From a virus: DNA of 13,459 nucleotides. Made by a program: the position numbers and the translations under genes. Every line of letters begins with the position of its first letter. Position 1 is the stretch's first letter. The notes below the pieces were generated by a model. The model was not told the DNA's origin, did not search any database, and saw only the letters and a program-made list of their open reading frames with translations. The stretch lies in UHGV virus genome UHGV-0077154; one strand, 5' to 3'. Below, piece after piece: positions 1 through 5,886 of the stretch.

Positions 1-54
1 GAACGAGAGCTTCCCAAGCTCTATACGAGGGTTCGATTCCCTTCGCCCGCTCCA
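1..54 (+). tRNA. glyU: 3' portion of tRNA-Gly (anticodon CCC), truncated by the window edge; also the tRNA side of attL
   Basis: GAACGAGAGCTTCCCAAGCTCTATACGAGGGTTCGATTCCCTTCGCCCGCTCCA matches my memory of the 3' two-thirds of E. coli glyU. Anticodon stem AGAGC/GCTCT with loop TTCCCAA (anticodon CCC at 13-15), T-arm GGTTCGATTCC, encoded CCA ending at 54. The 5' part lies outside the window. Confidence 0.9.
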
Positions 55-61
55 GTCTCCT
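2..61. repeat. attL copy of the direct repeat (tRNA-Gly 3' end plus 7 nt downstream)
   Basis: Identical to 13376-13435. Similarity continues for 24 more nt with 3 mismatches (62-85 vs 13436-13459). Base 1 (g) continues the authentic tRNA body (..TAGAACGAG). Confidence 0.9.
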
Positions 62-621
62 GATAAATCAACAAGTTATGATTTATCAGTTAGTTACGTT
101 GCCCCGCTTTAGCAGGTACAACTTAAACTACCCATTGTTCTACGCCCGCACCTGTCGCGTGATTGGTCTGTGGTACAAGGGAGCATATCATCACGCTGGC
201 GGTGGTTCCAAGTTCTTACCGCGACAGTACAACAACGAACAAAAAGCCGCATACCTGGCATAACTCCCGAACTGATTGATCACACGCATTTAAGCCCGAT
301 GTGTGGCCCTATGAGCCACGTAAACAGGTGAATAGTGGTAATGCCCCGGTAGCTACAGATCCGGCTCTGCCAGCGCTTCGCTCACGCTCCGAAAGGTACA
401 CGAGCACCCTGATAAGGTGTGATCCATCTGACAATCTGATGATGTCGCTACGCTCCGCTTGTTGCTTGTACCACTAACGGGGCTTTATGGTTTCTATTGA
501 CTTAAATTAGATAGTTGCAAGGAAATAAACTAAGGATAATTTAAGTGTTGAGCGGTTTACTCATACTGCTTGAGGGCAGTATCATTACAACATTAATGGG
601 ATTTTTAAGGGACTGATGTGA

Positions 622-1257
622 ATGGCTGAGTATCATCCTGCGGTATTTAATGCTGAGGCTTTTAACTGTCCTTACTGCGGTGTATATGCCCGTCAGTTCT
701 GGCGCAATTTGTTTGGTAGCGGAAATGCGTTGGCAACTGTTGCGACTGCGTTCCGTATGTCAACATGTTCTCATTGTGATGAAGATTCTTATTGGTATGA
801 GGGCAATATGATGGTCCCTGCTGCTGGAAATGTGGAACTACCTAGTCCTGACATGCCTGAAGACTGCAAGTTCGACTATATGGAAGCAAGAAGCATCGTT
901 AATCTGTCCCCTAAAGGTGCTGCTGCACTCCTTCGCCTGAGTCTGCAAAAACTGATGGTCCACCTTGGCGAACCGGGTAAACATATTGACACGGACATAA
1001 AATCTCTCGTGGCTAAAGGCTTGTCTCCGTTGGTCCAAAGAGCCGCAGATATTTGTCGCATTGTCGGTAATCAGGCTGTTCACCCCGGAGAAATTAATCT
1101 TGATGATGACCCGCAATTAGCACATGGCCTCTTCAAATTACTGAATATTATTGTCACGGAACAAATTACCAGACCCAAAGAGGTTGAAAAGATGTTCAAT
1201 AGTATGCCTGAAAGGGCGTTGAAGGGTATTGAAAACAGAGATAAACCTAAAACTTAA
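622..1257 (+). CDS. Zn-ribbon + DUF4145-like (HEPN-related?) protein, 211 aa; candidate defence/abortive-infection cargo
   Basis: ATG at 622 is preceded by AAGGGA (607-612). The N-terminus has paired CxxC motifs (CPYC...CSHC). The C-terminal helical region [11 protein letters not shown]...IKSLVAKG...[16 protein letters not shown] fits the DUF4145 signature (R..GN.A.H) as I remember it. A possible promoter is TTGCAA (515-520), 16-bp spacer, TAATTT (537-542). Confidence 0.7.
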   Translation: MAEYHPAVFNAEAFNCPYCGVYARQFWRNLFGSGNALATVATAFRMSTCSHCDEDSYWYEGNMMVPAAGNVELPSPDMPEDCKFDYMEARSIVNLSPKGAAALLRLSLQKLMVHLGEPGKHIDTDIKSLVAKGLSPLVQRAADICRIVGNQAVHPGEINLDDDPQLAHGLFKLLNIIVTEQITRPKEVEKMFNSMPERALKGIENRDKPKT

Positions 1258-1261
1258 ACTG

Positions 1262-1277
1262 AGGGGCTTAAGCCCCT
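1262..1277. terminator. Perfect 16-bp palindrome AGGGGCTTAAGCCCCT between convergent genes (possible bidirectional terminator)
   Basis: GC-rich hairpin lying between the stop of 622-1257 (+) and the stop of 1283-2101 (-). The flanking T/A runs are short (TTTA downstream), so strength is uncertain. Confidence 0.45.
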
Positions 1278-1282
1278 TTAGA

Positions 1283-2101
1283 TTATTCAGAAAACCAAAT
1301 TTCTGGCCGTCTAAACTCCTTATTCTCAATAAAAAACAGAATATCTTTCCAGGCTTCTTCATTTTCTTCCCAGAATTTTTGTTTTTCATTCATTGTAAGG
1401 ACTTTACTATCATCTATTAACTTCTTGAGAATAGCAGGGATATCTTTATAGGGTTTTTTCCAGAAGGCATTACGTAATTCTTCAATTTCTGCATTTGCAT
1501 CCCGAACGGGTTTTAGAAGTTCAAGCTGTTTTTCTGTATCGGTAATAGGTTTATTTCCAACCCACTGATGATAGATTTTGCTAGCTTCTTCATGATGACC
1601 CCGAAGAATTGTTATTATTGTTTTTGAGAGTAACGAGCACATGTCAAAAGTAGTAAAGTAAAACCAATCGTGTTTGATTGCGGTTAATTCATCTTTTTTA
1701 ACCCCTATTTGTTCAAGTTCACTCGAAATTGAAGATACTAATTTATAAAGATCTTTGTTTGATGTTGCTGTATCTAGGCGTCCGGTTCTGGAGGCTAATG
1801 AAATAGCTACTTCAGAAATAGGTAAGGAAACTTTTCTTAAACTATCTAAAACTTTTTCAGCATCGTTAATAGTATCTCTTAATTTTGCCTCCATGCCTAA
1901 GAGCTTTATTTCATGCCATTCAAATTGAGTAAGTACCATCAACCCGAAGCCTGTTACAATGACAACAGTCCCTTCAGTTGCTCCTATTGTCAGAGTTACA
2001 ATTACACCAGCGCCTATAAGTAGCAATGCAATGAAAAACAAAAAATTCTTTATCCATTTATTTTTTAGCATATCACTGTCACCATTACGATTAAATTTCA
2101 T
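1283..2101 (-). CDS. AT-rich membrane protein, 272 aa, two N-terminal TM helices plus a helical cytoplasmic domain; function unknown
   Basis: Long uninterrupted ORF in very AT-rich DNA (19 G+C in the 60 nt at 1381-1440). Hydrophobic segments are FLFFIALLLIGAGVIVTLTIGA and VVIVTGFGLMVLTQF, and the remainder is charged and helical. The start is uncertain (ATG 2101 has no clear SD; the internal Met at codon 11 follows GGTGA). Confidence 0.75.
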   Translation of the reverse strand: MKFNRNGDSDMLKNKWIKNFLFFIALLLIGAGVIVTLTIGATEGTVVIVTGFGLMVLTQFEWHEIKLLGMEAKLRDTINDAEKVLDSLRKVSLPISEVAISLASRTGRLDTATSNKDLYKLVSSISSELEQIGVKKDELTAIKHDWFYFTTFDMCSLLSKTIITILRGHHEEASKIYHQWVGNKPITDTEKQLELLKPVRDANAEIEELRNAFWKKPYKDIPAILKKLIDDSKVLTMNEKQKFWEENEEAWKDILFFIENKEFRRPEIWFSE

Positions 2102-2124
2102 CCAATATGAAGTAAAGTAAGTAA

Positions 2125-2334
2125 CTATTTTTCGTTCTCTGATGCCTCAAACGTCTTGGAGTGAGGGCAGGACTGGGAGCGCGTCACCAGCGTGAACAGA
2201 TAAATGTTGCTTTCGTAAGTGCAAAGCCGTTTTCCGCCCTGTAACTCTTGTTCGTCGGGGTTGCTCATGGTGATTTTTCCTGCATGAGCCGCCAGCGGCA
2301 GCAGTGCCACAACAAATAGTAAAATTTTCTTCAT
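2125..2334 (-). CDS. Small secreted protein (about 69 aa) with a Sec signal peptide
   Basis: MKKILLFVVALLPLAAHA/GK is a classic n-h-c signal peptide with an AxA cleavage motif, and the mature part has two Cys. The ORF track starts at GTG 2340; I prefer ATG 2334. It lies 23 nt upstream of, and co-oriented with, the 272-aa gene. Confidence 0.55.
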   Translation of the reverse strand: MKKILLFVVALLPLAAHAGKITMSNPDEQELQGGKRLCTYESNIYLFTLVTRSQSCPHSKTFEASENEK

Positions 2335-3325
2335 TTCCACAACCTGCCCCGTAGGTGTCCCGGCTCTTTATCCTCCAAGTTTACATTCTCCTGTTGAAAA
2401 TATCCCCGGCTCTGTTGGTGATCTGCTAGACCGTCAGCCCAGGCCCTCGGTGAAAAGCGCTTTTCTTCGCCAAATATCGCTACGTTATGCCTTCAGCGAC
2501 ACGCCTCACTGCAACAAGCAGTGCAGTTACACAATGCTGCTTTGGGCTGAGGCAAGGGAGATAACTTGATGTTTTGAAGTGCCTCTGTTCACTAATTGTA
2601 CAACCATTTAACATATTGTATCTTATAAGTACTTGACTGGAATGGTCAGGTATTGCTTTTCGGAGCGTTGATGCGAAGCGGAGTACACAACAACGATTTG
2701 ATCAACAGAAGGAAAGCATTCGGGAGGATTTGAGGTGAGTTCTCTTGTTCAAGGATTTTGGATGAGTTTGTCCGGTCACCACACAATTTCAGGTTTCAGG
2801 CCTTTGAAGCTGCCAGCGCATCTAACACGATGAAAGAGCATTTTTCTCTTTATCAGCAGAAAAAGAGCTACTACGGCGACGTTACCACAACGGGGTGAAG
2901 AACTATCGTCACCTGGCGAAATTCTCCCGCCCTTGCAGGTCACGGATACGTACCTTTTCCCGCACCAGCGCAAGCCTTCTCACCAATAGCCCCGTATGCT
3001 CCACCAGAAGCGCTACAGCGCGTCATCTCCACACAATTGTAAACTACACACCCATAGCACAGCGCCCCGCTGAGAAGCTCTGACACGCCCAGAAATGGAT
3101 GGTTTTTCGTTGATTTTGCGAAGAAAATTAATTTTTTCGGTATGGAAGGGCGGATCGGTAAACTGGTTTGACACGCATTTGGTTGACATATTTAACGCAT
3201 CCAGCCCCTGCGCGGGTTCGTTGTGTATCCGATACCATAACGATCACCACACCACACAGGCGAGCCAGTGACAACAGACAGGATTTTCTAGCAATTAACC
3301 GCAATTAACAGGTATTAAAGCTCTA

Positions 3326-3697
3326 TTATTTCCCGCCGAAAATCCAACCGATGATGGCACCGATTATCGCAGAGCGGGTCTCACCTGCTGCTCCTTTGAG
3401 AACGTTAATAACTGCATCGCCTGCACCAGGTGCCTGCTGTTGAAGTAAATTCAAACCACGAGGTGTTAACTTGGCGGCGGTATCCATGTCGGTTGAAGAG
3501 ATTATCTCCGTGTAACCCATATCGCTGAGAGCCTGGAGTGTGTTGCAAAGCAGGTCAATCTGAGTTCTGTCTCCTCTGGGCTTCCAGCCGAAGTCTGAAA
3601 ATTCGAAAGAAGAGTAAGCCGGATAGTCCGCAAACAGTTTCACCAGGATTCCAGTTGCCATCTCGTTAAAGCTGTCTTTGCCTTGGACGAATTCCAT
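3326..3697 (-). CDS. 123-aa protein with a C-terminal hydrophobic Gly/Ile-rich anchor; transcribed divergently from the control region
   Basis: ATG at 3697 has an AGGA SD 6 nt upstream (minus-strand AAAAGGAAACATT-ATG). The composition looks protein-like. The C-terminus SAIIGAIIGWIFGGK looks like a tail anchor or glycine-zipper helix. Confidence 0.7.
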   Translation of the reverse strand: MEFVQGKDSFNEMATGILVKLFADYPAYSSFEFSDFGWKPRGDRTQIDLLCNTLQALSDMGYTEIISSTDMDTAAKLTPRGLNLLQQQAPGAGDAVINVLKGAAGETRSAIIGAIIGWIFGGK

Positions 3698-3820
3698 AAT
3701 GTTTCCTTTTGTTCACTGATTGAACGAGGTTACTTACTTACCGCTGGAAGTGCCAGCAAGAAGGGATGACGCTGTGCTGTTAATCACTAGGTGAGGGGGT
3801 GTCTTCTACCAGAGGGGAGG

Positions 3821-3915
3821 CCATTGGTAAAGAATCTTAACTAACGTTAGTAAAGATCCTTAACCAGCCATTAGTAAAGAATCTTAACTAACCATTGGTA
3901 AAGATACTTAACCGT
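3821..3915. repeat. Four tandem ~23-24 bp iterons (CCATTGGTAAAGAATCTTAACTAA-type)
   Basis: Copies start at 3821, 3845, 3868 and 3892: ccattggtaaagaatcttaactaa / cgttagtaaagatccttaaccag / ccattagtaaagaatcttaactaa / ccattggtaaagatacttaaccgt. They are contiguous with no spacers. Confidence 0.85.
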
Positions 3916-3917
3916 AC

Positions 3918-3959
3918 TATATCACTTACTAGATCATCTTTAGATCACTGCCTATATCA
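3918..3959. repeat. Four helically phased heptamers TATATCA / TAGATCA / TAGATCA / TATATCA
   Basis: Heptamers start at 3918, 3930, 3941 and 3953 (spacing 12, 11, 12 bp), immediately after the iterons. The two inner copies contain GATC. Confidence 0.6.
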
Positions 3960-4130
3960 GTAAAAACATTAAGGTCAAAGACAGATTGAACATGCGTTCA
4001 ATTGTTGGAGTTGTTAGGTGTTATGTAGACAGGCTTCGCCTGTTTACACTCTGTGTGGAAGACAAGCGCAAGCGCGTCAGTCCAATGTGGATCGAGCACG
4101 GCGCAGAGGAGCTTTAAACGCGACGTAACT

Positions 4131-4160
4131 CCCCCCTTGGAGGGGCGGCGCACCCCCCTC
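4131..4160. promoter_or_regulatory. GC-rich dyad with a lambda-cosN-like core (candidate cos/packaging site)
   Basis: GGGCGGCGCACC (4143-4154) compared with the lambda cohesive end GGGCGGCGACCT recalled from memory: the first 8 nt are identical and the rest aligns with a 1-nt indel. It is flanked by the inverted hexamers GAGGGG (4140-4145) and CCCCTC (4155-4160), and it is intergenic. An 8-mer match alone is near chance level. Confidence 0.3.
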
Positions 4161-4296
4161 AACCCTGCGCTCTAACAACATCTCTAGAGTCCTCTATCGC
4201 GTTCTGAGCGTCTTTCTCTTATTGTTGGTGACTTTGTACCGTTCCGCTTACAGCGTTGAATCTGAAGCGTCTGAGAGCGTTTTGTGATTACGGGGC

Positions 4297-4410
4297 TTGA
4301 CAAAGAAAATGTATGTGTATAAGGTTGCGGGGTATTGACACAAAACATTTATATCTCTTTATTCATTAAATGAGTTATCGGTTGACAAAGAAACTAATTT
4401 ACTATAAAAT
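4297..4410 (+). promoter_or_regulatory. Three tandem consensus -35 boxes/promoters upstream of the rightward operon
   Basis: TTGACA occurs at 4297-4302 (15-bp spacer, then TATAAG 4318-4323), at 4335-4340 (weak -10 TTTATT 4358-4363) and at 4382-4387 (17-bp spacer, then TAAAAT 4405-4410). The first and third share TTGACAAAGAAA. Confidence 0.55.
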
Positions 4411-4468
4411 ATATATTATCAAATGAGATGATTTTATGACTAAACAATAACTTAAATAGGAGAGATAC

Positions 4469-4897
4469 ATGGGGAAACCTGTTCTGTTCGATTTCTCGAG
4501 CGCCACTGCCTCAGAGATTGTCGCTGCAATCGATGCAAAAATTACCACAGCTCAAAATCTGCACGCCTTCCGCACTCGTATGGGTGGTGCCAAGAAAGCC
4601 GATAAGCTCTATCCAGCTACTCGCGAAGCACTGAACATCATTAAACGCCTGCGTCAGCAAGCGAAAGACGCAAAAATCATCCGGGATATTCTTAAACCGT
4701 ACTCAGCAGAGTTGGCAAAAGGCCGTGATGTTATGGAAATCATTGAACCAGTGCTGTCTGCCTGGCGTGTCTATTACGCCTCTCATGGCATTGGTTTGAT
4801 GAATGAGCAGATCCTCCTGTTGAAAATGATTGAGGCGGGCGGTGAACTCGAAGGTATTACCGGAAAACCCATTCCCGAACTGACCACAACCGAATAA
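4469..4897 (+). CDS. 142-aa helical protein of unknown function; first gene downstream of the triple promoter
   Basis: AGGAGA SD (4458-4463) lies 5 nt before the ATG. The composition is clean and protein-like. I recognise no motif. Confidence 0.8.
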   Translation: MGKPVLFDFSSATASEIVAAIDAKITTAQNLHAFRTRMGGAKKADKLYPATREALNIIKRLRQQAKDAKIIRDILKPYSAELAKGRDVMEIIEPVLSAWRVYYASHGIGLMNEQILLLKMIEAGGELEGITGKPIPELTTTE

Positions 4898-5078
4898 CCA
4901 TTCTCTTCTTTACGGTGCGAAGCACTTTACCAGAGGTAAACACCTCCGGTGCTATTAGCTTTACTCTGTTGGCAGCAACGCCACCAAACGAAATCGCCGT
5001 AAACACGGCTCCTTACCCCTGATCAATTCCATGATCGCAGGGGCGCACCCGCATATCTAACGCACAGGAGAGATGATT

Positions 5079-5264
5079 GTGAAACTGTCACTAGACGATG
5101 AAACATATGCAATTTTACGCGAAGAATCTGACCGTTTGGGGATGCCAGTTCCGAGGATGATCCGGAACATGTGCCAGAACCTGGCGAAACACATTCAGAA
5201 ACGCAATGAACAACCACTGACGAACCCACAGGGAGAACAACATGACAGAGACAGTAGAAGCTAA
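5079..5264 (+). CDS. Ribbon-helix-helix (CopG/Arc-type) DNA-binding protein, about 61 aa
   Basis: KLSLDDETYAILREESDRLGMPVPRMIRNMCQNLAKHI fits beta-strand/helix/helix RHH architecture. AGGAG (5066-5070) is 8 nt from GTG 5079 but only 2 nt from the ATG 5073 used by the ORF track. The 3' end overlaps the next gene by 23 nt. Confidence 0.65.
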   Translation: MKLSLDDETYAILREESDRLGMPVPRMIRNMCQNLAKHIQKRNEQPLTNPQGEQHDRDSRS

Positions 5265-5886
5265 TCTGCCAGACGAACAGGACGGCACTTTTGATCGCAA
5301 TTATACCGAGATTAAGCGCTTGAAAGTGTTGGTTGCCGACGATGGAACTAAAATTCCGTTCAGCGCGAACATGAAAGTAGTCTACGCCTACCTCTACACC
5401 TTCCAGACAAATAAAGAGCGGCGGAACTACCCTGAGCCAATTTATCCTAATATGGAAATAATCGCGTGGGAAAATGGCATTACTAAACCCACGGCGCAAA
5501 AGGCTGTGGATGATTTGATGCGGGCGGGGGTGTTGATTAAGGACCAAATTCAGGTTGGGAGCGGGTTTAAGTCCAACAATTACGTTGTGTTGAAACCCTC
5601 GAAAGTGGTGGCGCGTGGCGTCACTCCACCGCATCCAAATGCTTCTAAATATTCAACTGCCGAGGAGAGCGGTAAGAATGAACAAAAACGTGCTGTGGTG
5701 GAACCTGCCGCGCCTGTTGCTGGAAAACCAGACGGCATACCTGTTGTGGATATTCCTGTCGATGCTGATGTACCTGCCGATGATGATGCGGTGATCGGAG
5801 ACTTTAGTGATCCTTACCTTGATGCTGAAGTAAAAGAATGGCAGAAACAAAAACATAGTGGAGGATTGAATTGTGTGAACACGTAA
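5242..5886 (+). CDS. Winged-helix DNA-binding protein with an acidic/proline-rich C-terminal tail, 214 aa (possible origin-binding/initiator or regulator)
   Basis: GGGAG SD (5231-5235). The core VVYAYLYTF...MEIIAWENGITKPTAQKAVDDLMRAGVLIK looks like a wHTH of the plasmid/phage Rep-type helix-turn-helix family. The C-terminus PVVDIPVDADVPADDDAVIGDF looks disordered. Confidence 0.75.
   Translation: MTETVEANLPDEQDGTFDRNYTEIKRLKVLVADDGTKIPFSANMKVVYAYLYTFQTNKERRNYPEPIYPNMEIIAWENGITKPTAQKAVDDLMRAGVLIKDQIQVGSGFKSNNYVVLKPSKVVARGVTPPHPNASKYSTAEESGKNEQKRAVVEPAAPVAGKPDGIPVVDIPVDADVPADDDAVIGDFSDPYLDAEVKEWQKQKHSGGLNCVNT

Noticed and set aside
78-263. 61-aa plus-strand ORF just inside attL
   Set aside because: It has no SD and an odd composition. 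It lies in the region carrying GGTACA words that is better explained as the att arm and int-upstream DNA after circularisation.
838-1420. Minus-strand ORFs 838-1116, 876-1061 and 1138-1389, and plus-strand ORF 1229-1420
   Set aside because: They are antisense or out of frame relative to the DUF4145-like and AT-rich membrane genes, and two of them cross the palindromic terminator.
2776-3083. 65-aa minus-strand and 62-aa plus-strand ORFs in the 1 kb gap
   Set aside because: They overlap each other, have an implausible Arg/Ser/Cys-rich composition and lack ribosome-binding sites. A 28-aa Gly-rich minus-strand reading (MTRCSASGGAYG...) has its GGAG directly abutting the ATG, so it was also not called.
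3821-3915. Tandem repeats considered as a CRISPR array
   Set aside because: The repeats are contiguous with no spacers. There are only four imperfect copies of 23-24 bp, and no cas genes or leader-like structure, so they are iterons rather than CRISPR.
5023-5634. 203-aa minus-strand ORF (plus 5115-5300 and 5653-5998 minus-strand ORFs)
   Set aside because: They lie antisense to the tightly coupled RHH/wHTH/HTH genes. They are R/H/S/C/V-rich with no SD, which is typical of shadow ORFs on the opposite strand of real genes.
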